A DNA stretch of 64,000 nt from an uncultured Candidatus Saccharibacteria bacterium (GTDB taxonomy: Bacteria; Patescibacteriota; Minisyncoccia; Phycocordibacterales; UBA12088). This document shows, piece by piece, positions 9,256 to 18,152 of the stretch (its first letter is position 1; every line of letters starts with the position of its first letter). The translations under genes and the position numbers were made by a program. Below the pieces are notes generated by a model. That model saw only the letters and a program-made list of their open reading frames with translations. It was not told where the DNA came from and did not search any database. The stretch is from assembly GCA_964562615.1 (NCBI GenBank), contig CAZLUD010000001.1, positions 257,072 to 321,071 on the forward strand, read 5' to 3'.

Positions 9256-9903
9256 TCATAACTCAATAACCTTATACCCTCCAGTAGACACAATAATATG
9301 ATTAATAAGAATAATCCCCAGAAGATCTCCTGCATCAGCTACTCGCTTTGTAATTGTGGCGTCTTCGTCTGAAGGTTCAAGGCTACCTGATGGGTGATTG
9401 TGGGCCAAGACAACCCCTGCCGCTGATAGTTGCAGAGCGGGCTCGAAGACCTCCCTTGGATGTAAAAGTGAAGTATCGAGCGTACCGACAGAAATAATAC
9501 GTCTTTCAATTAATTTTTGTTGTGTGTCAAGGTAAAACGCCACTATATGCTCTTTTTTTGATGAACGAAAATCTGCGCATAAATTCCATATATCCTTCAC
9601 TGATAGCAATTCAATACTGCTCTCACTCCTAAAACGATCAGCAAGAGAAATGACGGCAAGTATTTGAATTGCTTTTGCTTTTCCTAATCCGCGAATCTTT
9701 CGCAAATCTTCCAGTGTTACGTTATTTGCTGATTTTTGAGTTATGAATTTTTCTATTTTTCGAGCAAGCTCAAGTACGTTGCAACCTTTGATTCCTGAAC
9801 CAAGGATGATTGCTATCAATTCAAAATTTCTTAGACGTTTTGCGCCATACTTCTCCATTTTCTCTCGAGGAAGTTCTGTCTTCTTTAGTTCAGCAAGTTT
9901 CAT
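9256..9903 (-). CDS. radC: RadC-like JAB/MPN-domain protein (UPF0758)
   Basis: C-terminal JAMM motif VLAHNHPSGSLEPSDED; helix-hairpin-helix-like N-terminal part. Confidence 0.75.
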   Translation of the reverse strand: MKLAELKKTELPREKMEKYGAKRLRNFELIAIILGSGIKGCNVLELARKIEKFITQKSANNVTLEDLRKIRGLGKAKAIQILAVISLADRFRSESSIELLSVKDIWNLCADFRSSKKEHIVAFYLDTQQKLIERRIISVGTLDTSLLHPREVFEPALQLSAAGVVLAHNHPSGSLEPSDEDATITKRVADAGDLLGIILINHIIVSTGGYKVIEL

Positions 9904-9935
9904 GGCGTAGTTTTAGTATATAATAATCATAGTCG

Positions 9936-10439
9936 TTACATAAGCGAGTCGGCAATCTTCTTGACGCACGTGGATTGATCTTTTTTGAGTTGATGTTCCC
10001 AGAGACGCAACACAACCCAACCTTCAGTATGGAGTTTTTGAGTCACTCTTCTATCGCGTATTCTGTTGCGTTCAATTTTCTCTCGCCAGAAATCATTTTT
10101 GAGTAAATGCTTCCAACGTGGATATTGCCAGCCATGCCAAAAGTTACTGTCGAAGAACACGCAGACTCTATGTTTTTTAAAAACAATATCGGGTTTACCC
10201 AAAACACTCACATCGTTAATAGTAAAAATTTTGCGAGTTTGTTTTTTTAATACAGCAATCAAATTTTGCTCAAACTTGGTTGATTTTGAGCGTATAAGCG
10301 ACATTCGTCGTGATCGTTCTTTAACAGTTAGCTTGTCCGGACTCCTTTTTTTAGAAAAATCACGATTAAGACTATTATGAGTTTGTTTCTTCATAACCAG
10401 ACTGAAAAACTTCTGAGGGAAGTTCATTGCCAAGGCCAC
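9936..10439 (-). CDS. vsr: Very-short-patch repair endonuclease (Vsr)
   Basis: FDSNFWHGW...W..K...N..RD..V...L...GW.VLRLWEH motif set characteristic of Vsr; overlaps the 3' end of the upstream endonuclease gene by 65 nt. Confidence 0.75.
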   Translation of the reverse strand: MALAMNFPQKFFSLVMKKQTHNSLNRDFSKKRSPDKLTVKERSRRMSLIRSKSTKFEQNLIAVLKKQTRKIFTINDVSVLGKPDIVFKKHRVCVFFDSNFWHGWQYPRWKHLLKNDFWREKIERNRIRDRRVTQKLHTEGWVVLRLWEHQLKKDQSTCVKKIADSLM

Positions 10440-11418
10440 CGACGGCGTCCTTATCTATAAGATCTTTCCACTGCCTAATTCTATCTGCTTCAACAGACTG
10501 GACTTGCCAATAAAATTTCAACAATTCTTCATCTATTTCATTGATTCTACTGGCGATTCTTGACGCATAATCATGAAGTTGGGAAAGTATCTGTGATACA
10601 CTTTTTTTCTCCCGCGCGACCAAAACTTCTTGCTGACCACCTGCGCTAAAAGCATCACGCAAGCTTGTGGAGACCGCTCCAAATTCGGTGATCATGTACG
10701 TGGCCGCTCGTTCATAATTAGCACGATTTTTAAAGAGTTCGGGTAGAAGGATCATACAATCGATCTTAAATCTTTCTTTATTCTCCGGTTCCAAGGTTCG
10801 AAATTGTTTAATAACTGGGGAAGATGATTCTGATTCTTCATCAATCCACCACAAACCTTCGCCGTCTTTGAGTTGTTTTCTGTAATATGATTTTATTTGC
10901 TGTATAGTGTCTCCACTTGTTCGCAGCTCATCATAAGAAACACCCATTTTATCAAATATGGATTTTCCTTTTGGTAAGTCCATATTGATTCTATATCTTG
11001 GTGAATGAGTAACGCTTATCTCCGGCAAACACTCTTGGTATAACCGATAACGGACGTCGGGTTCTCCACCCAATTTCCCGAACATGATAAAAATTCGCTC
11101 AACATCTTCCATTCGTGAAGTTTCTAAGACGCTATTACCAGTTGAAGTCCAATGATCTTTAGAGGTTATCTTTACTTCAACTCCAAAATATCCGTTAGCG
11201 ACGATATCAGGAAAAGCATATACCCCTGTCCGCTTAATCGTTCCTTCAAATTCTGTGCCTATGGAAACCTCTTGCATCTTGTCGCAAACGAGACCTTCAA
11301 AATCAAGAGCTGAAATACTCTTATCTCCCCTCAAATGCGCCACTAAAAGTTTTTTCGACTTTTCCAAAAGCTCAACAAACCTTTCTTCGTGGGCGTTTTT
11401 CTTTTCTGAATAAATCAT
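10375..11418 (-). CDS. Putative Type II restriction endonuclease (PD-(D/E)xK fold)
   Basis: 347 aa between the C5-MTase and Vsr; candidate PD..E.K motif in AFPDIVANGYFGVEVK; start 2 nt after MTase stop. Confidence 0.5.
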   Translation of the reverse strand: MIYSEKKNAHEERFVELLEKSKKLLVAHLRGDKSISALDFEGLVCDKMQEVSIGTEFEGTIKRTGVYAFPDIVANGYFGVEVKITSKDHWTSTGNSVLETSRMEDVERIFIMFGKLGGEPDVRYRLYQECLPEISVTHSPRYRINMDLPKGKSIFDKMGVSYDELRTSGDTIQQIKSYYRKQLKDGEGLWWIDEESESSSPVIKQFRTLEPENKERFKIDCMILLPELFKNRANYERAATYMITEFGAVSTSLRDAFSAGGQQEVLVAREKKSVSQILSQLHDYASRIASRINEIDEELLKFYWQVQSVEADRIRQWKDLIDKDAVGGLGNELPSEVFQSGYEETNS

Positions 11419-11419
11419 A

Positions 11420-12406
11420 TTATTTCAAGTTCTTGTCGAGAAACGACCGAATCGACTTCGCAATATGCCATGCTAAAACTGGGGGTACGGCATTACCGAT
11501 CTGTTTATAAGCCTGGGACGTTGATGGTAAAAATTCCATGTCGTCAGGAAACGATTGAATCCTTGCGGCTTCACGAGCCGAAAGTCGTCGCTTACCATTC
11601 CAATGGTATTCAATATTGCCATGATGCTCTGTTCTCATTGTTGGTCCTGGTTTATCGGAATCTATTATTCCGTTTCCCTGTCCTTTATTTTTCTTTGCTT
11701 TAGACCAATAGTGGTTTGATAAGCCGCCTTCTTTGACATTTTCCAAATCACCAAACGCCTCTTTTACTGATACGTGTTTGCCTTTGTGAGTTGGCCTTGG
11801 ATAATCATCGTCCTTAAATAAAGGCAAAACATCTTTACGGGTTCCAACAATAACTACTCGCTCACGCATTTGTGGCACGCCATAATCAGCAGCAAGAAGT
11901 AGTTTATGATTTACATGGTATCCCAATTTTGCAAAATCATTTTTGATAATACCTATGGCTGTTCCGTTGTCTATCGTAAGAAGACCCCTAACGTTCTCAG
12001 CAACAAACATCATCGGTTTCGTCCGACGGATAACCTCGGCCATACTACGATAAAGGAGACCTTTTTCGCTATTAAATCCTCTTCGCTTCCCAGCATGACT
12101 AAACTCCTGACACGGAAAACCACCGAGTACGATATCAACTTTTTTTGGTAGTGGCGTATCAAGCTTAGAATTATGTTTACCACTCAAAATATCAACAATG
12201 CTTCCGCAAACAATATCATGTTTGAAATAATTTTTAAAAGTTTTACATGCTGGTTCGTCTATGTCGTTGGCCCAATCTATAATAAACGGATGTTTCTGGT
12301 ATTTTTTTCCATTTGATTCAAAACCACCGACAAAACCGAGATCTAGACCACCACATCCAGTAAAAAGCGACGCAACCGTAAATTTATTTTTAGTATTGTT
12401 GGTCAT
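11420..12406 (-). CDS. dcm: DNA (cytosine-5)-methyltransferase (Dcm-type)
   Basis: Motif I LFTGCGGLDLGF, motif IV GGFPCQEFS, motif VI ENVRGL, QMRERVVIVG, C-terminal GNAVPP. Confidence 0.85.
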   Translation of the reverse strand: MTNNTKNKFTVASLFTGCGGLDLGFVGGFESNGKKYQKHPFIIDWANDIDEPACKTFKNYFKHDIVCGSIVDILSGKHNSKLDTPLPKKVDIVLGGFPCQEFSHAGKRRGFNSEKGLLYRSMAEVIRRTKPMMFVAENVRGLLTIDNGTAIGIIKNDFAKLGYHVNHKLLLAADYGVPQMRERVVIVGTRKDVLPLFKDDDYPRPTHKGKHVSVKEAFGDLENVKEGGLSNHYWSKAKKNKGQGNGIIDSDKPGPTMRTEHHGNIEYHWNGKRRLSAREAARIQSFPDDMEFLPSTSQAYKQIGNAVPPVLAWHIAKSIRSFLDKNLK

Positions 12407-12520
12407 AAAATTATTTTAGATTGCAATCAATATAGTTATGGTTGTTTAGAATTATTTCTAGTTCACCGTACAACTGTATTTTACCAGAAATTCATTAATT
12501 TGATGAGTGTATTTAGAAAA

Positions 12521-12550
12521 ACCGGCATCTTATTCTAATGCCGGCTTTTC
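12521..12550 (-). terminator. Hairpin plus T-run downstream of tRNA-Ser
   Basis: accggcat-cttattcta-atgccgg followed by T-run on the minus strand. Confidence 0.4.
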
Positions 12551-12595
12551 AATCGTATAAATCCCTTATTTTGCTTGGGTTCAAACTTGGTAATC

Positions 12596-12685
12596 TGGCG
12601 GAGAGTGAGGGATTCGAACCCTCGAGGGGTTTTACCCCCTACCTCGTTAGCAGTGAGGCGCTTTCGGCCACTCAGCCAACTCTCC
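12596..12685 (-). tRNA. tRNA-Ser (anticodon GCU), CCA encoded
   Basis: Minus-strand read GGAGAGTTGGCTGAGTGGCCGAAAGCGCCTCACTGCTAACGAGG...long variable arm...GAGGGTTCGAATCCCTCACTCTCCGCCA; 7-bp acceptor, anticodon loop CTGCTAA. Confidence 0.85.
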
Positions 12686-12753
12686 AATTTGTGGAGATAC
12701 CATACCATGAATAGGTACCACATTGAAAGCACGACGATAGTGAGGCGCTTGTG

Positions 12754-13137
12754 TTATGAAGCGAGACCTAAAAGCTCCTCAGCCTTGTGGACTATTTCTT
12801 CAAGAAAAACCGATGACTTTACCAAATACTCATTAGCTCCTGCCTTGAGTGCTTCCTCCTTCTCTGCATCCTGCGCGTTGTTAGAAACAATAACCACCGG
12901 CACTTCTTTATGAATACCAGCGCGTATCTCTTTGAGTAGCTCTATGCCATTTTCTCCCGGTAGTCCTATATCAAGACATACTAGATCAACCCGCTCTGCT
13001 TCTAGGTACTTTTTTGCATCGATGGCATTTGCCGCATGAAGCACCTTGAATACCGTACTCAGCTTTCTTCCTAAAATATCAGAAATAAAAATATCATCCT
13101 CTACCACCAATACCGTTCGTTTAATTGTTTCAGTCAT
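12754..13137 (-). CDS. Stand-alone response regulator receiver (CheY-like) domain protein
   Basis: VLVVEDD...DLVCLDIGLPGENG...K receiver motifs; 127 aa. Confidence 0.7.
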   Translation of the reverse strand: MTETIKRTVLVVEDDIFISDILGRKLSTVFKVLHAANAIDAKKYLEAERVDLVCLDIGLPGENGIELLKEIRAGIHKEVPVVIVSNNAQDAEKEEALKAGANEYLVKSSVFLEEIVHKAEELLGLAS

Positions 13138-13271
13138 TTGAGTACTTCTATTATTTTATAAGTGAGTCATTCTGTCTAGTGTGTATTGCAGGCGCTGCCA
13201 TACTTGTATGGGTGGCTCTTTCTTCTTGCATCAGCTACAATGACAGGCGCATTAGACATTGAAATAACATC

Positions 13272-13706
13272 ATGAAATCATTACTTGTCATACCAATCAT
13301 TTCTGCACTCGCCATTGTTGGTTACTTGTATAGCAAAAAAGAAACAAACGACCCGATTACACAAGAAGGGTCAATGAATACTCTCACACAAAGTGATATG
13401 ACTGCCACGAGCCTCCTTTCTACCCCATCAGTACAAACATTTAATGTAACGGGAAAGGACTACGAATTTTCTTTGAAAGAGATGCGGGTTAAAAAGGGTG
13501 ATACCGTGCGAATAAACTTTGAAAGTGTTGATGGTACCCACAATTGGACACTTGATGAATTTGAGGTTGCTACCGAGCAGGTAGCGCCGGGCACGCTAAC
13601 ATCAGTAGAATTTATTGCGGATACTGTTGGCGCATTTGAATACTATTCTTCAATAGAGAGCGACGAGGCAAATGGCATGGTGGGGCAACTGTTTGTAGAG
13701 GAATAG
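13272..13706 (+). CDS. Secreted/membrane-anchored cupredoxin-like domain protein (metal site apparently degenerate)
   Basis: N-terminal TM/signal; GTHNW and C-terminal ...YYSSIESDEANGMVG resemble a blue-copper fold, but Cys is replaced by Ser. Confidence 0.3.
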   Translation: MKSLLVIPIISALAIVGYLYSKKETNDPITQEGSMNTLTQSDMTATSLLSTPSVQTFNVTGKDYEFSLKEMRVKKGDTVRINFESVDGTHNWTLDEFEVATEQVAPGTLTSVEFIADTVGAFEYYSSIESDEANGMVGQLFVEE

Positions 13707-13719
13707 TTACGTATAGCAA

Positions 13720-13751
13720 ACGCCGCCGCCTACAGGCGGCGGCGTTTGCTA
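13720..13751 (+). terminator. Perfect inverted repeat after the cupredoxin-like gene
   Basis: agcaaacgccgccgcc-tac-aggcggcggcgtttgct (16-bp GC-rich stem). Confidence 0.5.
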
Positions 13752-15917
13752 TACTTTACCTATCTCATGTTGCACCATCCGCTACAACACCATCTACGTC
13801 TCGACAGCACGCATATAAAAGCTCTTGAAAAGCTTGGTATAAAAACAGTGCATGATCTTCTTACCTTTCTTCCTACTCGATACGAAGATATCTCGCTTAT
13901 AAAGAAAGTGGTCTCCCTAAGAAAAGGAGATGAAGCGGTAGTGTATGGCAAGGTAACTGGGTTGGTCACAAAAAAATCATTTACCCGTGGGCTTCCTATT
14001 TCTGAAGGGGTTATTGATGACGGTACGGCAAAAATGAAGATACGCTGGTTCCACCAACCATACATAGCAAAGATGATTCCAGAAGGATCCCTTGTAAAAC
14101 TTAGTGGCGTGGTAACTGGTGATGAAGGAAAGTTATACCTTGCTAATCCAGAGATAGAACGCACCGACGACCTCCCTATCGACTCACACGATTCGTTATT
14201 TGATAACACTGATGGAACACTCTATGCTGTGTATCGAGAAACAAAAGGTATTACCTCAAAGTGGTTTCGTCATGCGATAAAAAGACTTCTCACCAACGAG
14301 CTACTGCAATCTCTCGTGGACCCAATTCCAGATGACATACTCGCACGCTACCATCTCCCCTCGTTTGCAACCGCTCTTGTCTGGGCGCACATGCCTAAAA
14401 CTGAAAAGGACACCATTTCTGCTAGAAAGCGATTTTCTTTTGAAGAAATTTTATCTATACAACTCGCGCGAGCAAAAGACAGACACGATCTATCAATAAC
14501 CCCCTCATTTGGGATACAGACCACCGCGCGTGATGTCGACCAATTTATGAATGAGCGATTTAGCTTTGCACCCACCAACGCGCAACGACAGGCAGTGCGT
14601 ACTATACTTACAGATCTTTCAGGTACGCACCCAATGGCTCGACTATTAGAAGGAGATGTGGGGAGCGGAAAGACCGCAGTTGCGGCAGCAACCATGTACG
14701 CAGTTATAGCTACCGCACCAAAAGATAATCGCTACGGCACGCTCCAGTGTGCCTACATGGCACCCACCGAGCTCCTCGCCCGACAACAGTTTGATGCCTT
14801 TACAGAGCTCTTTAACCACCTCCCCATCACTATAGGCCTTATCACCTCTCATGACTGTAAAAAGTTTCCGTCAAAAGTACACGGCGCAAGGTCGGCAAAA
14901 GTTTCAAAAAATCAGTTGAAAACCTGGGTGAAGAAAGGTGATGTTGCCATAGTAGTAGGGACACACTCACTTATTCAAAAGAGTATCGAGTTTAAACATC
15001 TTGCGTATGTCATTATTGATGAGCAACACCGTTTTGGTACTGCGCAACGACAAAAGCTCATCCGCAAAGACCACACCGCGCCACACCTTCTTTCTATGAG
15101 TGCAACCCCTATCCCCCGCACCCTTGCTCTCACTATGTATGGTGACCTTGATATCAGTGTACTTGATGAAATGCCAAAAGGAAGAAAGCCTGTGATAACA
15201 CAAGTGGTTGCTCCAAAAGACAGAAATGACGTGTATAAGAAAGTCATTGCAGAACTCACTCGAGGCAAACAAGCGTATGTGATATGCCCACGTATAGATG
15301 AGCCTGATCCAACCAAAGAATCAGCCCTCCTTGCTAAATCGGTGGTGGCAGAAGCAGAACAACTCCAAAAAACAGTGTTCAAAAACTTTACCGTCGCCTG
15401 GGTACACAGCAAGCTAACTCCTAAAGAAAAAGAGGATGTTATGGAACGGTTTGCTACACACAAAATAGATGTACTGGTTGCTACCAGCGTGGTAGAGGTA
15501 GGGGTAAATGTACCTAATGCAACGAGTATTATCATTGAGGGCGCAGAGCGATATGGTCTTGCCCAGCTTCACCAATTACGCGGTCGTGTCATTAGATCTA
15601 GCGAGCAGGCGTATTGCTATCTCTTTTCTGAGTCATCAAGCAAAAAATCTAAGGACCGATTGCGTGCCCTTTCGGAAGCTAAAAATGGTTTTGCACTTGC
15701 AGAGGCTGACCTTGCGCTCCGCGGCGCAGGAGAGCTAATCGGTATTAAACAATCCGGCCTCACTGATAGAGGAATGGACGCGCTCAAGAATCTAAAAATG
15801 GTAGAGGCGGCACGAGATGAAGCCCGAAGACTTGTAGAAGAAGACCCTACACTAAAAAGTATTCCTCTTTTAAAGGAAAGAAGTGACGAGCTCATTCGCA
15901 AGCTCCATTTTGAATAG
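13746..15917 (+). CDS. recG: ATP-dependent DNA helicase RecG
   Basis: Wedge domain then helicase motifs LLEGDVGSGKT, DEQHRFG, C-terminal helicase domain; 723 aa. Confidence 0.9.
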   Translation: MLYFTYLMLHHPLQHHLRLDSTHIKALEKLGIKTVHDLLTFLPTRYEDISLIKKVVSLRKGDEAVVYGKVTGLVTKKSFTRGLPISEGVIDDGTAKMKIRWFHQPYIAKMIPEGSLVKLSGVVTGDEGKLYLANPEIERTDDLPIDSHDSLFDNTDGTLYAVYRETKGITSKWFRHAIKRLLTNELLQSLVDPIPDDILARYHLPSFATALVWAHMPKTEKDTISARKRFSFEEILSIQLARAKDRHDLSITPSFGIQTTARDVDQFMNERFSFAPTNAQRQAVRTILTDLSGTHPMARLLEGDVGSGKTAVAAATMYAVIATAPKDNRYGTLQCAYMAPTELLARQQFDAFTELFNHLPITIGLITSHDCKKFPSKVHGARSAKVSKNQLKTWVKKGDVAIVVGTHSLIQKSIEFKHLAYVIIDEQHRFGTAQRQKLIRKDHTAPHLLSMSATPIPRTLALTMYGDLDISVLDEMPKGRKPVITQVVAPKDRNDVYKKVIAELTRGKQAYVICPRIDEPDPTKESALLAKSVVAEAEQLQKTVFKNFTVAWVHSKLTPKEKEDVMERFATHKIDVLVATSVVEVGVNVPNATSIIIEGAERYGLAQLHQLRGRVIRSSEQAYCYLFSESSSKKSKDRLRALSEAKNGFALAEADLALRGAGELIGIKQSGLTDRGMDALKNLKMVEAARDEARRLVEEDPTLKSIPLLKERSDELIRKLHFE

Positions 15918-15995
15918 TTGACATATAGCAATATATTGTGGTATAATGTTTTTAGCTGTACCCTGCTACCCAAGTATGTACCAAAGGAGCTCGAC

Positions 15996-16505
15996 ATGAA
16001 AAAGCTGTACTCTTTTCTCATCTCTGCAGTGATTCTAATAGGAGTACTTGGACTAAATTGGAAAACAACAATAATAGAAGGGGTTGCGTACGAGATATTT
16101 TCTCAAAGTAATTCTCTTCGTGAAAATTTTGACCAATTCATACGATGTACTCAGGAGATAAGAGCAAGCAATACTGGATGCTCGAGAAATTTTCAAAGAA
16201 TATTTACTGGGAGAGATTCCGCAATTGCTGAATCTTGGCCGGATATATTTGACGCACTTGAAGCAAAGCCTCACTGGGCATGGGTCAAGAGGAATGATTT
16301 CCGCGCATTTCATGATGCAATACAGTCATATGGGCGAAACAAATTGAGAAATGAATGTGTACCTATAATTACCTATATGTACACTGAGGGACGAACTACG
16401 TTCAATTTCGATCACCGCTACCGGTGTAGCGGTGATCCTAGGCCACCTTCGGGTGGCCTTTCCTTTTTACTCCCAACCACAAACTGTGCGCCCGCTTGGA
16501 CTTGA
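15996..16505 (+). CDS. Hypothetical secreted/membrane-anchored protein
   Basis: Start at MKKLYSFLISAVILIGVLG (signal/TM); the 3' end runs through a hairpin and overlaps the tRNA on the opposite strand, so the C-terminus is uncertain. Confidence 0.4.
   Translation: MKKLYSFLISAVILIGVLGLNWKTTIIEGVAYEIFSQSNSLRENFDQFIRCTQEIRASNTGCSRNFQRIFTGRDSAIAESWPDIFDALEAKPHWAWVKRNDFRAFHDAIQSYGRNKLRNECVPIITYMYTEGRTTFNFDHRYRCSGDPRPPSGGLSFLLPTTNCAPAWT
16441..16470 (+). terminator. Rho-independent terminator-like hairpin
   Basis: ggccacc-ttcg-ggtggcc followed by tttccttttt. Confidence 0.5.
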
Positions 16506-16560
16506 ACCAAGGACCCCAAAGGTATAAGCTTTGTGCTCTAACCAACTGAGCTACGGGCGC
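16487..16560 (-). tRNA. tRNA-Ile with anticodon UAU (no encoded CCA)
   Basis: Minus-strand read GCGCCCG-TA-GCTC-AGTTGGTTA-GAGC-A-CAAAG-CTTATAC-CTTTG-GGGTC-CTTGG-TTCAAGT-CCAAG-CGGGCGC-A; clean cloverleaf; anticodon loop CTTATAC gives UAU. Confidence 0.75.
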
Positions 16561-16724
16561 GTATGTTTCTCGAAGCACCTCGAGATATCCCATAACATAC
16601 CTTTAAATAGCACTATTGCCAACTGCAACATAATCCTTAAAGTGCTTATATCTACCCCCACAGATGGTATTTTGTACTACTTTTTACCACACCAATACAA
16701 ACCATCCGTTGCTCTCCCTATGTA

Positions 16725-16754
16725 TTGACATAAAGCCATTTTTTGTGCTATAAT
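16725..16754 (+). promoter_or_regulatory. Consensus sigma70-type promoter (TTGACA-18 nt-TATAAT)
   Basis: TTGACA at 16725-16730 and TATAAT at 16749-16754, upstream of the lipoprotein gene. Confidence 0.55.
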
Positions 16755-16807
16755 ATACATCGAGTACAACCGCACCACCGCAAGTGGTGCCACCGGAGGT
16801 CTTTGAC

Positions 16808-18064
16808 ATGAGTATCGTAATTCGCCTTTTCTCAGCTTTGTTTGTCATGCTTGTGGGAGGGTGTGCTGCCAACAATCAGTATGACCCCTACAGCTCCAGG
16901 CCATCCACTCTTTCGGAAGCGGGCAAAGCCCGCGTCCTGAAAGCGGCAACAGAAATTGGCGGGGCGGAGGCACTCTACTACATTGACGTACCTCCCAGCA
17001 ATTTTTCAGCAGGACTCAAACGCCACCAGGCGTTTCAGGTATGTTCAAGCTCTGAATATTCAGAGGAAGCCTGCACAAAAGCGTGGAGGGAGGCGGTAAA
17101 GTATGCCGCCTCTAAGGAAGAAAAAAGAATCAAGGGGATTCAAGCAAATACTGACAGAATCAACGCAAAAGATGAATTGATTCTGTTGAATCGAATGGAT
17201 CCATTGATGGGAAAGTTGGTGAGGAGAGGGCTTCTCACTGATGGTACCGCTACAGGCGAGTATCAATCACCGGCAGGAAGATTCACCTTAGAGGGGGAAG
17301 ATCTCCCCGAGAGGTTGCTTCCGGATCAAATGCCGCCAGAGCATGAAGCTGCATCCATCACGGGGCTCAAAAAGTTGATCGGGCAGATGCGAGAAACGAG
17401 CCTCGCCAATATAACACCAGAGGAAGCGGTGGAGCTCTATGCCGCAAAGCGCCTAGGAGGGGAGGCATCCCCACCCCGACAGGTTGCTGGAGGTTCGAGA
17501 AGCAATCCCTTATCGGAGCCTCTCTACCTCGAGATTGATCCAAGTAGGATCAAGCGAGGCGGAACCGACTTTGACCTCGATGGTGGTTCATACACCATCG
17601 AGTCTGGGGAGACACGTATATGTCTCCCCGTCCGTCGCCAAGTAGGTGACGGTGCGTGTTTCGTTGCGGTTCGCAGGGATCGCAATGTACAGCTATGTGA
17701 TCCGGAAAGGATCAACTGCACGCAGCAGCTTAGCTTGCCCGTAGGGAACGTGAGGAGGGTAACTCCCCTCTCTCGTAACCTTCGGGTTCCTACATCACTC
17801 GGGAACACGGAACCGGTATCTGTAACACTCGCAGGGGATGAACTCCCTGGGAGCTTCCGCTACAATCTGCCTGGCGGTTTCCAAGGTGGTGGCGGGGGCA
17901 GCCGCCCAGCTCCCGTCATCACCGACCGAAGGCTTGGTCGGTGCACCTACAACTCAACTGAATCGAGAAGCGGTCTCCCCGTCTACTTATGCAAAGACGG
18001 AAAGCCCTACCTTTACGACGGCTCGAGGTTCGAGCCGTTGCGGCAGGGAGGACGTCGAAACTAA
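16808..18064 (+). CDS. Predicted lipoprotein of unknown function (GC-rich, likely horizontally acquired)
   Basis: GGAGG RBS 7 nt before ATG 16808; signal peptide with lipobox LVGG-C; Gly-rich C-terminal region; GC clearly higher than neighbours. Confidence 0.55.
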   Translation: MSIVIRLFSALFVMLVGGCAANNQYDPYSSRPSTLSEAGKARVLKAATEIGGAEALYYIDVPPSNFSAGLKRHQAFQVCSSSEYSEEACTKAWREAVKYAASKEEKRIKGIQANTDRINAKDELILLNRMDPLMGKLVRRGLLTDGTATGEYQSPAGRFTLEGEDLPERLLPDQMPPEHEAASITGLKKLIGQMRETSLANITPEEAVELYAAKRLGGEASPPRQVAGGSRSNPLSEPLYLEIDPSRIKRGGTDFDLDGGSYTIESGETRICLPVRRQVGDGACFVAVRRDRNVQLCDPERINCTQQLSLPVGNVRRVTPLSRNLRVPTSLGNTEPVSVTLAGDELPGSFRYNLPGGFQGGGGGSRPAPVITDRRLGRCTYNSTESRSGLPVYLCKDGKPYLYDGSRFEPLRQGGRRN

Positions 18065-18081
18065 GGGCGAATGCCCAAGGG

Positions 18082-18117
18082 GCGCAGGACAAAATGTCCT
18101 GCGCCCCTATTTTTTTG
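18082..18117 (+). terminator. Rho-independent terminator (convergent with ftsH)
   Basis: ggcgcagga-caaaat-gtcctgcgcc followed by cctattttttt. Confidence 0.6.
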
Positions 18118-18152
18118 CTTGATATTGTCTTTTGCTTCTTCCCCACCTCCTA

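Larger units (their letters stand above)
8451..12621. mobile_element. About 4.1 kb genomic island integrated at the 3' end of tRNA-Ser(GCU); carries Type II R-M + Vsr + RadC; no integrase detected
   Basis: Bounded by 25-nt direct repeats of the tRNA 3' end; AT-rich; cargo is R-M/Vsr/RadC typical of mobile DNA. Confidence 0.55.

Noticed and set aside
13760-15535. Minus-strand ORFs (149, 115, 186 aa) inside recG
   Set aside because: Antisense to a confidently identified 723-aa helicase gene, and Ser/Thr/Cys-rich nonsense composition.
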